In this document: positions 19,989 through 29,382 of the stretch, piece by piece
Layout of the letters: each line of letters begins with the position of its first letter
How positions within the stretch are numbered: the first letter of the stretch is position 1
NCBI GenBank assembly: GCA_050115495.1
Contig: JASFQK010000030.1
Coordinates: 1-64,000 of the forward strand
DNA: 64,000 bases
Reading direction: 5' to 3'
From: Phycisphaerae bacterium
GTDB taxonomy: Bacteria; Planctomycetota; Phycisphaerae; UBA1845; Fen-1342
Program-made: the position numbers and the translations under genes
Notes under the pieces: generated by a model
What the model was told of the DNA's origin: nothing
The model's input: the letters and a program-made list of their open reading frames with translations, nothing else
The model's database searches: none

Positions 19989-21614
19989 GTGTACGGACTG
20001 ATCGGAATAGGGTTACTGCTGGCGATCGGCTATTACATCGTGCTGCCGATCGTTGTGGGCCGGAAGATCAGGGTCGCGGCCGAACCCGAGTTTGAAAACG
20101 TGCCACCGGACGACCCGCGGATCCCCGAGGCGGTCCACGCGTTCTCGCAGGACGTGGGGGCTGAACTGGCTCCCCTGGGCTTCACTCCGGCAGCCTACGT
20201 CATCAACACGGGCACATTCGCGGGGATGACCGGCTACATCACCGTCTTCGAGCGAGCCTCTTCGCGCGATGTAGCCGCCGCGATGGCAGTCTTCGGCCAG
20301 GCAACGCCCGCGATCACCACGCAGAATTACACCGTCGAGTTCGGCTGCGAGTTCGTTGACGACACGGAACTGGACACCAGTAACACGGATGAGATCCCGG
20401 GCCTCCCCGCTCGGCGTGGACACACTGTCCGGCGAATCCCCGGGATGGCCAGCCTGGCGGAGCTGTACCGCGTGCACGAGGCGACCGCGCGGCACAGCGG
20501 CCTTGCCAGAAAGCCGGTGCCCGCTCCGGACCAACACGCAGCCGCGCTGCGCAGAGGAGCACTCAAGGACTTCCGGAACGCCGTTGACGCGGGCTGGATG
20601 CGGCTCGACGCCAACGAGCAGGTGTATCGCAACACCCTGAAGGGCTGCCTGCTTAGCATCACGCGTTACCTGTGGCCCGTCGCCACAATCGGCCGCGCCA
20701 TGATGAGGCGCCGGGCCCGGACCCAGTTGCGTGAGCTGGGCCTGCCGACCGATTACGCGACGGTCGACTACAAGCAACGATACATGAACCTGCCGACGCG
20801 CGGGACCGCTCCCGCGGCAGAACCTCCCCCCGGCCCGCCAGTCGCCGCACCCGCCATGGCCGCAGAGGAGGCGACGTGCACCGGCTGCGGGCGGTCCATC
20901 ACCGACGCGTATTACCTGGCCAAAGGCCGTACGCTGTGCGCAACGTGTGGGGAAGATGCTCAACTCCGCTCGACGTCCGGCTCGAGGTTGTCACGGGCTT
21001 TCGGGGCGCTCGTCCTGGGCGGGCTGGCCAGCGTGTTGGCGGCGGTCTTCTACTTCGCGGTGGCGGTCTGGACCAACCACGAGATCGGCTGGATCGCGCT
21101 GCTGACCGGTCTGCTCGTCGGGGGCGCCGTCTGGCTAGGCTCACGTTGCCGCGGCGGCCGGCGATATCAGGTTCTGGCGATACTCATGACCTACTGCGCG
21201 ATGGGCCTGTCGTACACCCTGCTTGTCGTGCGCGAGTATATGGAGGACCCCGAGGCGTTCGAGCAGAGGGTGTTGGAGGGAGAGGATGAACCGGCGCTCG
21301 GCGACGCCTCGCACGAACCCTCGCCGTTCGGAGAGGACGATTCGACAGTGGAGTCGGCCGAGGCGGACGAGCAGACGGAGAGCCAGCCGACGTCGGCCGC
21401 CAGCGCCGACGACGAGCCCCTCACAGCCACCGAGATCCTGTTGGTGCTGGCCTCGGTGATCATGCTGATGTTTGTTCTGCCCGTTATCCTCGCCATCGAA
21501 TCGCCGTCCGTGATCCTGTTCGTGGGCATCGCCCTGTGGGAAGCCTGGAGAATCAACAAACGTCGCCCGCCCGACGTCAACGGGCCGTATCCCGTCGGCG
21601 AAGGTCCTCGGTAG
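19989..21614 (+). CDS. Hypothetical membrane protein with central CxxC-CxxC zinc finger
   Basis: CTGC...CATC followed by several TM helices; looks like a two-module fusion. Confidence 0.7.
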   Translation: MYGLIGIGLLLAIGYYIVLPIVVGRKIRVAAEPEFENVPPDDPRIPEAVHAFSQDVGAELAPLGFTPAAYVINTGTFAGMTGYITVFERASSRDVAAAMAVFGQATPAITTQNYTVEFGCEFVDDTELDTSNTDEIPGLPARRGHTVRRIPGMASLAELYRVHEATARHSGLARKPVPAPDQHAAALRRGALKDFRNAVDAGWMRLDANEQVYRNTLKGCLLSITRYLWPVATIGRAMMRRRARTQLRELGLPTDYATVDYKQRYMNLPTRGTAPAAEPPPGPPVAAPAMAAEEATCTGCGRSITDAYYLAKGRTLCATCGEDAQLRSTSGSRLSRAFGALVLGGLASVLAAVFYFAVAVWTNHEIGWIALLTGLLVGGAVWLGSRCRGGRRYQVLAILMTYCAMGLSYTLLVVREYMEDPEAFEQRVLEGEDEPALGDASHEPSPFGEDDSTVESAEADEQTESQPTSAASADDEPLTATEILLVLASVIMLMFVLPVILAIESPSVILFVGIALWEAWRINKRRPPDVNGPYPVGEGPR

Positions 21615-21793
21615 ACTCGCAAACGAGAGAAACTCGACGGCGATGCGTTCGTCATCGGCGCTTCCGTACCGGAAGCTCGATTGAACACATCTCTCGTCGG
21701 TGCACTCACCAGTTGAAGTCAACCGCGCGGCTCCTGGGTCCCCTTGGCCTGGTGCACGCATCGTTCTTACGTGGAGACGTTCCCGTACTGACG

Positions 21794-22450
21794 CTACTTC
21801 AACGGCGTTGACCACGCGAGCTGCCGCCAGGGGCTTTCCGCCTGGGTCAACAGCCACTTCACCCCCTCGGCAACGTCCGGACGGGAGTCGACGCCCTTCA
21901 ACCAGTAGACGGCGCCAAGCGCGAAGTTCCGCCCCAGTTCATCCCAGGAGCGATAGGCCCCTTGTATCCGCTCGGCAACCCGCAGGATGAGCGGCCAGGA
22001 TTCCGCCTCACGGAGGTACTCGGCCGTGACACCGAAACGAACCACATCGATCAGACGCGCCAGGTCCCAGGCAACGATATGGCCATCCTTGAACTCGTCC
22101 AGGTTGACCCACACGAAGTGCGCCTGCTGCATGGCCTCGGCCGAGAGGTCCTGCACGAGAGTCTCGAATCCGTCCTGTTCGAGCCCACACAATTGCCGAT
22201 GAAGTACGGAGAAATGAGCGTTGTGGCCTTCGTTCTCCAGCCAATCAATCTGGCGAAGGCAGCCCTCTCGGTTGTGCGCACCCCACCATTCCGCCAGGGA
22301 GGTCCGCGCCTCTTGCGCGTCGAAGACGCACCGCGGCAGACAGTCCAGCCTGTCGCCGTGAGGCACCGCACAACACGCGCCCGCGGCGAGCGCCCAGCGC
22401 TGCGGCAGAGACAGCTTCCCCCCACCCCAGAATCGGCCCCAGTTCACCAT
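21794..22450 (-). CDS. DUF1266-like protein
   Basis: LAEWWG, WLENEGH, AWDLARL, YRSWDELGRNFALG..YW. Confidence 0.75.
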   Translation of the reverse strand: MVNWGRFWGGGKLSLPQRWALAAGACCAVPHGDRLDCLPRCVFDAQEARTSLAEWWGAHNREGCLRQIDWLENEGHNAHFSVLHRQLCGLEQDGFETLVQDLSAEAMQQAHFVWVNLDEFKDGHIVAWDLARLIDVVRFGVTAEYLREAESWPLILRVAERIQGAYRSWDELGRNFALGAVYWLKGVDSRPDVAEGVKWLLTQAESPWRQLAWSTPLK

Positions 22451-22830
22451 GTCAGAAGGCTCCTCCGTGCCGGACCGGCGCGCCCCATACGAATCGAGAG
22501 ATGTGGCCCCGGCGCGACGTTGGTCGGTAATCCCTCTTCCGCTGCATGTAGCTTACTGCCGCAACGCGGGTCGGCAAGCACAAGTGCCGCCTGACTCACG
22601 TGACACGCCCAGCGAGTCCCGTTCTGCAGGCAGACTCGAACTCCACAGCGATATACACACTCACGCCAGTCGCGCTGGAGATAGACCCACATCGTGGGCT
22701 GGAACGACCGGTGCGGCGCGCTGTATCCTATGATGGGAAGTGGGCCGCCTGCCCGCACGTCGAGGCCCGCGATTCTAACCAGCGGCGGACGCGAGCGGGC
22801 GGCGAGCCGTTTGCCGACGAGCACAACGAC

Positions 22831-23325
22831 ATGGAACCGACACCCGAACTGTCGTCTTTCTACGCACTCCAACCAAACACGCTGACCTCTGACCGTCTGT
22901 ACCGCATCTTCATCACGCGGCAGGCGATCTGCGGGGCCTGGGTCGCTGGTCAGTTCCACAGCCGGGAATCAGCACAGCAGGTCCTGGTCGTCACGCTCGG
23001 CCTGCTGAGCTTCCTGGCCAGGCCGCTGGTCAACCGCTGGCTGCGCAAGCGAGAGGAGCGCGAGCAGTTCTACGATGCGCTCGACCCCGACGGCGCCGAG
23101 TTCCTCGAAGCCGACAAACGCAACTTCCGCCTGCTTCCGATGGACATCGACGGCGTGACCATCACGCAGAAGAAAAAGTTCTCCGGGCACGGCGTGCGCG
23201 GCCCCCGGCTCACGATCACCCGCTCGGACGGAAAGGCGCTCAAGCTGGTCGTCCTCCCGGAACATGAACCCCAGATCGTGCACACCGCCCTCTGCCGGCT
23301 TATACCCGGTGCCGAACTGGTCTGA
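22831..23325 (+). CDS. Hypothetical membrane protein
   Basis: Single TM segment; coding-like codon usage from ATG 22831. Confidence 0.6.
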   Translation: MEPTPELSSFYALQPNTLTSDRLYRIFITRQAICGAWVAGQFHSRESAQQVLVVTLGLLSFLARPLVNRWLRKREEREQFYDALDPDGAEFLEADKRNFRLLPMDIDGVTITQKKKFSGHGVRGPRLTITRSDGKALKLVVLPEHEPQIVHTALCRLIPGAELV

Positions 23326-23336
23326 GGATGGCGCCG

Positions 23337-23442
23337 TCAGGCGCGGCTGGGCAGCGGGACGTCCACCAGCAACGCCGCCGGAACGGGCGGAAACGCCAGC
23401 CGCACGCGGTAGCAGTCACAGTCCGCCGTCCTCCAGCCGAGG
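23337..23442 (-). pseudogene. Duplicated 3' end of the 27864-29105 gene (left direct repeat)
   Basis: 23350-23442 matches 27877-27969 (93 bp, 5 mismatches); LGWRTADCDCYRVRLAFPPVPAALLVDVPLP. Confidence 0.9.
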
Positions 23443-23469
23443 ACGTGAAACTCACGCCGTCTACCGGCC
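23435..23469 (-). promoter_or_regulatory. Putative bacterial SECIS element
   Basis: After UGA: lower stem GGCCGG/UCGGCU; upper stem GGCGUGA-GUU-UCACGUC starting at +12, loop G at +19. Confidence 0.6.
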
Positions 23470-23643
23470 TCATATGGGTCCTGTGCAAATGTCGCTCTCG
23501 CGTTGCGCGAAATACTTGCGGTCCTCCTCGTAGTGACACTTCTTGTATTTCTTCCCGCTGCCGCACCAGCAGGGGTCGTTGCGATCGAGCTTCCTTGCCG
23601 CTTCCGGCGGCCGTGGCCGAAAGAACCTGTCCCAGAATCCCAT
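23461..23643 (-). CDS. Small SEC-C motif protein, candidate selenoprotein (UGA at 23472-23470)
   Basis: [68 protein letters not shown] SD; absent from the ORF track. Confidence 0.75.
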
Positions 23644-23765
23644 CCGTACCTCTCCTGTCGTCGGTTTGCACTCACTCGCCTGTAATCAGGGTTGTCCGTG
23701 GTCCGTTGCACCCGAACTGGCCTGTGTCTGACCACCAGGCATCAGGCCGGGGAGCCACACTCGAC

Positions 23766-24359
23766 TCAGGGCTCTTCCACACCAAGAACGTCGCGAATAG
23801 CCTGCTTGATCGTTCCCTTGGGCAATGCCCCGGTCACCATCTGAGGCTTGCCACTGCTTGGCACAAAGAGCATCGTCGGAATGCTCCGGATGCCGAACAC
23901 GGCGGCCAGCTCGCGCTCAACACCTGTATCCACCTTGTAGATGCGGATTTTCCCGTCGTATTCCTGGACCAACTCGTCCAGGACGGGCGCCAGGACCTTG
24001 CACGGCGCGCACCAGTCCGCGTAGAAATCGACGATGCATGGCACGTCACCCTCAAACCGCCATTCCCTGTTCTGTTCGAAATTGAAGACTTTCTGCAGGA
24101 ATTCCGCCTTGTTCAGATGTTGCGTCATGATGACCTCACGTGAATCAGTGGAACCACTCGCGCCCTCGGTGCTGCGGAGCGACGAGACTTCGACGTTGTT
24201 GGTGCACTCGACCGAGCCGGCGCGTTCCCCTCACACCGGGCCCTCCCGAAGTTGGGTCAGGGCAAGAGCGGCAACCAACATGACCGGAACCAGGGCGGGA
24301 GCCGCCAGCAGGCGCCTGAGCAAGGAACGGTTCGCGGCGCGTTTCGTGCTGGACTGCAA
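23766..24359 (-). CDS. trxA: Thioredoxin (core 23766-24128) with an in-frame N-terminal extension across UGA 24233-24231; candidate selenoprotein
   Basis: DFYADWCAPC, GIRSIPT core is certain. AGGAG-TTG at 24359, hydrophobic segment, EGPV-U-GE, then an open frame into the Trx ATG. Confidence 0.75.
24201..24230 (-). promoter_or_regulatory. Putative bacterial SECIS element
   Basis: After UGA: GCUC-GGUC-GAGU apical hairpin (loop +18 to +21) with UGCACC on its 3' side, resembling the E. coli fdhF SECIS. Confidence 0.65.
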
Positions 24360-24500
24360 CGTTGTCTCCTGGCGTTTCGCTTCGCGTTCCTGTGCCTGAG
24401 CCGGAATGCCTGTCCGGGTCGTGCGAAGCTCGGCCCGGTTCGGGCTTCAACCAATGATCAAGGTCACGACGGTGACCGCCGAGTTCCACGGAAGCGCACG

Positions 24501-25856
24501 TCACGCTTGCGCGGCGAGGAGTCCGAGCGCCTCCTCGCAAGCCTCCACGATAGCGTTGCGCGCGGGGAAGAAACTCTGCCAGGGTTGGGCGCTGTAGCTG
24601 AGCCTGGCAAGCTGTTCCAGCGTCAGGCCCTGCTGAATCGCCAGAGTGATCGTGTCCACCTTGTCGGTCGTGGGGGTTTCGCTGAGAACCTGCCCGCCGA
24701 GGACACGTTCGGATTGTGCGTCAGCAACGATCTTGACTTTCAGTTTGGTGGCACCTGGCATCATGGGGAACAGGCTGGTCGTTGAGCCGTGGCCGCCCAC
24801 CACCTCGAAGCCGCGTTGCCGCGCAAGCTCCTCGGTAAAGCCGGTAGCGCCCACGCGATACTGGAAGGCGCACGTGGCAGCGCCGTTCAGGAAGCCCAGG
24901 TATTCGTCGGCAATCCCGGCGACGTTGCGGGCAGCCACTTTCGCCATGGGAACGGCATTGGTGGCCAGCTTCCCACCGACCGGCTTGCCATCGATGGCGG
25001 AATGGAAATGGCAATTGTCGCCGGCCGCGTACACGTCGGGGAGGCTGGTACGCATGCGTGCATCGACGACAATCCCATCACGCTCAACTGCGAGCTTCGG
25101 GTGCTCAAACAGGCCGACGTCGGGCTTCATGCCTACACTGAGACAGACGAAGTCTCTTTCCGGGTCAATGTCGATTGTGTCACCGTTGGTCAGTCTGACC
25201 TGGCAGACCTGCTTCTCGACGGTCTCCATCTTCTCGACGCCGACGCCCAGTCTGAGATGGATGCCCTTCTCGACGAGAACGTCGTGCAGGGGCATCGCCA
25301 TGTCTTCGTCGATCATGTTCGGCAGAACGTGGTTGGCGATATCGACGAGGTGCGTGTCGAGCCCCTTCTGTCGGTAGGCTTGGGCCTGCTCGATGCCGAT
25401 GGCGCCGGCGCCGATTACTGCTACTCTCCTGGCCCGTGCCTGGACGCGGCCAATCAGGGCGAGCATGTCGCCTTGGGTCTTTATGGTGAAGACGTTCCGG
25501 GCGGTCGCGCCGGGGATTGAAGGTCTGACCGGGACGGCGCCCGTTGCGAGGAAGAGTGTCTTGTAGCGAAAGACGGTTCCATCCGAGCCGGTCACCTCCT
25601 TGTCATCGAAGTTGACGTTGACGGCGTGAGTACGTACGAGGTTGACACCGACGTCGGTGACAAGCGAGTCCTTCTTGTACACCCTCTCGTGTTCGAAGAG
25701 CCCCTCAATCGCGTAGGGGATAGCGCAGTAAACCATCGAGTGCTCTTCCGGCCTGAGCATCGTGATGCTGGTCTCTAGCCGCAGCTTCCTGAGGGTCCGG
25801 CTGAACGTGATTCCGGCTGGTCCGCCGCCGATCACGAGTACATCTGACGTTACCAT
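24501..25856 (-). CDS. FAD-dependent oxidoreductase, CoA-disulfide reductase/NADH oxidase family
   Basis: VIGGGPAG; single-Cys YCAIPY; LATGA; VIGAGAIGIE; TSLPDVYAAGD. Confidence 0.9.
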   Translation of the reverse strand: MVTSDVLVIGGGPAGITFSRTLRKLRLETSITMLRPEEHSMVYCAIPYAIEGLFEHERVYKKDSLVTDVGVNLVRTHAVNVNFDDKEVTGSDGTVFRYKTLFLATGAVPVRPSIPGATARNVFTIKTQGDMLALIGRVQARARRVAVIGAGAIGIEQAQAYRQKGLDTHLVDIANHVLPNMIDEDMAMPLHDVLVEKGIHLRLGVGVEKMETVEKQVCQVRLTNGDTIDIDPERDFVCLSVGMKPDVGLFEHPKLAVERDGIVVDARMRTSLPDVYAAGDNCHFHSAIDGKPVGGKLATNAVPMAKVAARNVAGIADEYLGFLNGAATCAFQYRVGATGFTEELARQRGFEVVGGHGSTTSLFPMMPGATKLKVKIVADAQSERVLGGQVLSETPTTDKVDTITLAIQQGLTLEQLARLSYSAQPWQSFFPARNAIVEACEEALGLLAAQA

Positions 25857-25936
25857 CTGCGGAAAGCTCCCTGCTCGTCTGTACGGGTGTCGCCGTCGCT
25901 AAAGCGTCCGCCGCGAGCACACTACGCAGCCTGTTC

Positions 25937-25952
25937 TGCAATGCGCGCGCCG
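25937..25952 (-). promoter_or_regulatory. sigma54 (-24/-12) promoter
   Basis: CGGCGCGCGCATTGCA (GG-N10-GC) on the minus strand, ~80 bp upstream of the oxidoreductase. Confidence 0.7.
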
Positions 25953-25993
25953 AGCTCGCAGCCTTCGCCGCGAGGTGGATGTAAACATTTAGT

Positions 25994-26006
25994 AATCAGT
26001 GAGTTA
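25994..26006. promoter_or_regulatory. IHF-like binding site
   Basis: AATCAGTGAGTTA fits WATCAR-N4-TTR; lies between the enhancer and the sigma54 promoter. Confidence 0.55.
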
Positions 26007-26071
26007 CAGCAGAGGCCGCACCGCGAGAGCACGGCTGGGCCGGTCGCGCAACGTACGACTACGCGGCGGAT

Positions 26072-26087
26072 TGAACAGAAGTGTTCA
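26072..26087. promoter_or_regulatory. Palindromic upstream activator site
   Basis: TGAACA-GAAG-TGTTCA; 13-bp core ACAGAAGTGTTCA repeated at 27590-27602. Confidence 0.65.
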
Positions 26088-26153
26088 CACCGCAGGCTCA
26101 ACCCTCGGGTCTTATGTCGTAACGATCGCGGAGAATGCTGCCCGGTAGGACGA

Positions 26154-27530
26154 CTACTCGCGCGGTTCGTGGATTCCGAACTCCGACATCCGTTTGTACA
26201 GCGTGGTTCTGCTAATGCCAAGTCGGCGAGCCGCCTTGGCGATGTTCCAGCCTGCCGCTGCCAGGACCTCTCGCACTCGTTCGGGCAATACGTCCGACCG
26301 GCCGCGCGCTCGTGACGAAGCCGGTGGGTCCTTGGCCAGCGGCTCCGCAACGAGGCCTTCGCGCCGCAGCAGTTCGGGCGGCAGGTGCCTGGGACGAATG
26401 AGGCCCCGGCGCGCTTTGACGAACGCATACTCGATAGCGTTCTCCAGTTCGCGCACGTTGCCCGGCCAGGGGTGATCGAGCACAAGCGCCAAAGCGTCTT
26501 CGTCGAGCCCGTCGATCTCTCTCCCGGTGCGTTCGCGGAACCTCTCGACGAAATGCTGGGCCAAAAGCGGGATATCAGCGCGCCGTTCACTGAGCTTCGG
26601 CAGCCGGATCGGCACAACCCGCAGGCGGTAGTACAAGTCCTGTCGGAAGTCGCCGGAGGATACCAACTCCATGAGCGGCCGGTTGGTCGCGGCGATCACT
26701 CGAATGTCGACCGCGATCGGCCGCTCGTCCCCCACGCGCTCGATCGTTCGCTCTTGAAGCACGCGCAACAGCTTGATCTGAATGTTGGCGGATATATCGC
26801 CGATCTCATCGAGGAAGATCGTGCCGCCGGACGCCGTTTCGAAGCGGCCTCGCTTGTCGCGGGAAGCTCCTGTAAACGCACCGCGGGTGTGTCCGAACAA
26901 CTCGCTTTCGAGCAGGCTCTCCGACAGAGCGGAGCAGTTCACGGGCACGAACGGCCCGGCGCCTCTGGGGCCCAAATGGTGAATGGCGCGCGCAACCAGC
27001 TCCTTGCCCGTACCGGTGTCCCCCTCGACCAGAACCGTCGCGTTCGAATCCGCGACCTCCTCGACCAGCTCGAACACGTCCTGGATCGCCTTGCTCTTGC
27101 CCATGATGTTGTGAAGCCGATAGCGCTCGCCGAGGTCACGCCGCAGGCTGACCAACTCGGTCACGTCACGGAAGATCACGACGCCGCCCCTTGCTTCCCG
27201 CTCACCTTCGCGAAAAACGACGCTGCGCATCGCGAAGACCCTTCGTTGCCCGGCGTGCGTTTCGACGGTCACCTCGTCGAAGTGGGTCGGTTGCCTCTTG
27301 GCGATCGACTCCCTCAGACGGGATCCCGGGGCGCAGATCTCCTCGCCGAGGAGGCAGGGGCATCCGTGGCTCAACGCTTCCGCTTTGGAGATCTCCAGGA
27401 GCCGGCAGGCAGCGCTGTTGATACCGATCACGTTGCCGTGGTCGTCGAGCGTGACGATGCCCTCGTCGAGGCTGTCAAGGACCGCCTCGAACTCAGCACC
27501 GTCCAGTACGTGGTGCCTCGGCCGGGCCAT
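26154..27530 (-). CDS. PAS-domain sigma54-dependent activator (Fis HTH)
   Basis: [50 protein letters not shown]. Confidence 0.95.
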   Translation of the reverse strand: MARPRHHVLDGAEFEAVLDSLDEGIVTLDDHGNVIGINSAACRLLEISKAEALSHGCPCLLGEEICAPGSRLRESIAKRQPTHFDEVTVETHAGQRRVFAMRSVVFREGEREARGGVVIFRDVTELVSLRRDLGERYRLHNIMGKSKAIQDVFELVEEVADSNATVLVEGDTGTGKELVARAIHHLGPRGAGPFVPVNCSALSESLLESELFGHTRGAFTGASRDKRGRFETASGGTIFLDEIGDISANIQIKLLRVLQERTIERVGDERPIAVDIRVIAATNRPLMELVSSGDFRQDLYYRLRVVPIRLPKLSERRADIPLLAQHFVERFRERTGREIDGLDEDALALVLDHPWPGNVRELENAIEYAFVKARRGLIRPRHLPPELLRREGLVAEPLAKDPPASSRARGRSDVLPERVREVLAAAGWNIAKAARRLGISRTTLYKRMSEFGIHEPRE

Positions 27531-27586
27531 AGCATCCGCACTCGGTTCTCCGGGTGAGGTCAGAAGCGCTTCACCCGGCAGGAGTG

Positions 27587-27614
27587 TAGACAGAAGTGTT
27601 CAGGTTGAACAGAA
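27587..27614. promoter_or_regulatory. Second activator site (putative autoregulation)
   Basis: TAGACAGAAGTGTTCA followed by a TGAACAGAA half-site, upstream of the activator. Confidence 0.6.
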
Positions 27615-27863
27615 CGCAGAACGACGTGCTCCTCCTGGTCTCACCCGGCCACTATGAGTCGGTTCGCGACAACCTGCTTAACAGCAATGTGTTACAGCGA
27701 TTCCGCCAACCGCCTGCCTCAGCGCGTAACACGGGCCTCAACATCACGCGGCCGACTGGCCAGGCGCCGCAGCTGACCGTCGTCCCGGGGCAGGCCCGCC
27801 GGCAATCCATGACGCGGCGTGCCGGCTCGTGCCCGGGACGGGATTGCTCTGAAGGCGGCGGCA

Positions 27864-29105
27864 TTACGTGCGGGTCGGCAGCGGGACGTCCACCAGCAAC
27901 GCCGCCGGAACGGGCGGAAAGGCCAGACGCACGCGGTAGCAGTCGAAGTCCGCCGTCTTCCAGCCGAGGCGCTCGCAGCAGTAGCTGATCAGCTCGCGGT
28001 AGCGGCCCATCTCGCGAATCGGTGGAACGTCCGGCCGGCACGATAGCCGCTCCACGCGTGCCGCGATTGGCAGCAGATCAGCCTCCGTGTAGTGCGTCCC
28101 CAGGTTCTCCGTGAACATGTCGCTCGCCAGCCGCAATCCCGGCGAGATCTCCCCAAACAACTCCCGGTTCAGAAATACGTCCATCACGACGAGCTTGGCC
28201 GGCGTCCGCAGCGGAGCCTTCGTGCCCAACCCGCCGTGCCGCTCGTCCGGATAGCACGGCTCCGCCCGGCGGATGACCTCGCCGGTGAGGCACGTCACCG
28301 ACTGCGCTTTGCTGACGCCCGACTCGGCGAGCACGTTGTCGATGATGCCGAACGGGCCGACGCAGCGCCGCACGGTCGGCAGCGGTTGTGAGCAGAACCC
28401 GGTCACCAACGGCACATCGAGCTGCGCCGCCCCCGGATCGATCGGCTCTCGCGGAAACTCACCGCGCACCTCGCCGGCGTCGTCGATCGTGTAGAAACGC
28501 GAGATGCGCCAGGGGACCTGCGGCCGCACGCGTCGCAGGTCGACGAAGCCGCGAATCACGGCGGCGTCGATCGTCTCGCCGTCGCCGGACGGTTGGATCA
28601 GGTAGGTGTGCACCTGCATGCGGGCCTGGACGCCCCAGATGTAGCTGTTCGCTTCGTAGGCGGTCTTGCGCTGCTCCAGCCCGACGTCGATGTCCGCCGC
28701 ACGGGTGTGCCCGTTGACTATCATGTCGAACAGCTTGCGGCTGCCCGCTTCCGACTGCATGAACGCCTGGAGATCCGCGAACGCCCGGCGGGCCTCGTCG
28801 ACAGCGGGGCGTGGGGCCTTGCCTCGGGCCGCAGCCCGCAGGAACAGCCGAATCCCGCGTTCGCCCGGCACGTACTTCATGGCCCGTAGCGGATCCCTGG
28901 GCTCGAGGACTTTCACGAACTTCCACGCCAGCCGGGAATCGACGCCGATGGACTGCACCAGGTCCGCCGCCCGCACGTCGTGATGCCCGACTAGCGAGGC
29001 GATGACCTCGGCGAGAGCGGCCCGCACGCGGGAGAGCACTTCGCGGGCCTTGGCCTCAAATGGGGAGAGGTTGGCGGCGTTGGCATTATCGACTGTCGTG
29101 GGCAT
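27864..29105 (-). CDS. Uncharacterised ~413-aa protein with N-terminal HTH-like region, paralog of 43366-44580
   Basis: RAADLVQSIGVDSRLAWKF; TACAAT 6 nt before ATG 29105; divergent from a PEP-CTERM gene. Confidence 0.8.
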   Translation of the reverse strand: MPTTVDNANAANLSPFEAKAREVLSRVRAALAEVIASLVGHHDVRAADLVQSIGVDSRLAWKFVKVLEPRDPLRAMKYVPGERGIRLFLRAAARGKAPRPAVDEARRAFADLQAFMQSEAGSRKLFDMIVNGHTRAADIDVGLEQRKTAYEANSYIWGVQARMQVHTYLIQPSGDGETIDAAVIRGFVDLRRVRPQVPWRISRFYTIDDAGEVRGEFPREPIDPGAAQLDVPLVTGFCSQPLPTVRRCVGPFGIIDNVLAESGVSKAQSVTCLTGEVIRRAEPCYPDERHGGLGTKAPLRTPAKLVVMDVFLNRELFGEISPGLRLASDMFTENLGTHYTEADLLPIAARVERLSCRPDVPPIREMGRYRELISYCCERLGWKTADFDCYRVRLAFPPVPAALLVDVPLPTRT

Positions 29106-29382
29106 GTGAAGATTGTACCCGCGAACAGGCCGAAACACAAGGGCGTATTAACACTCATGGTAGCATCATAAATCAATTGTTTTCAGGTTGTTACGTTATA
29201 TCAAAGAGATTCTCTGGACATTACCTTTGGAGATGATTATGATCGGCTCTTAACGAGCCGCGCGCCGCGTGAACCGTAGTTCGGCCGGCGACCTCCACAG
29301 CGCCTGCGGACGCGCGCCACATCGAACGGAGGAGTGTCAGTACCCGCTCGTAGCGGGTTCCGGCCGACCGAGGAGGAGCGTC

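Noticed and set aside
23676..23768. Third Sec candidate: the Trx terminal UGA followed by VEC (UxxC) and a hairpin
   Set aside because: The Trx domain is already complete, the hairpin loop is ~30 nt away, the GP-x-U-G context is missing and the extension looks non-coding. Not excluded but unsupported.
24450..24503. Read-through of the oxidoreductase UGA
   Set aside because: The family C-terminus appears complete and there is no Cys-like context; nearby hairpins are ambiguous.
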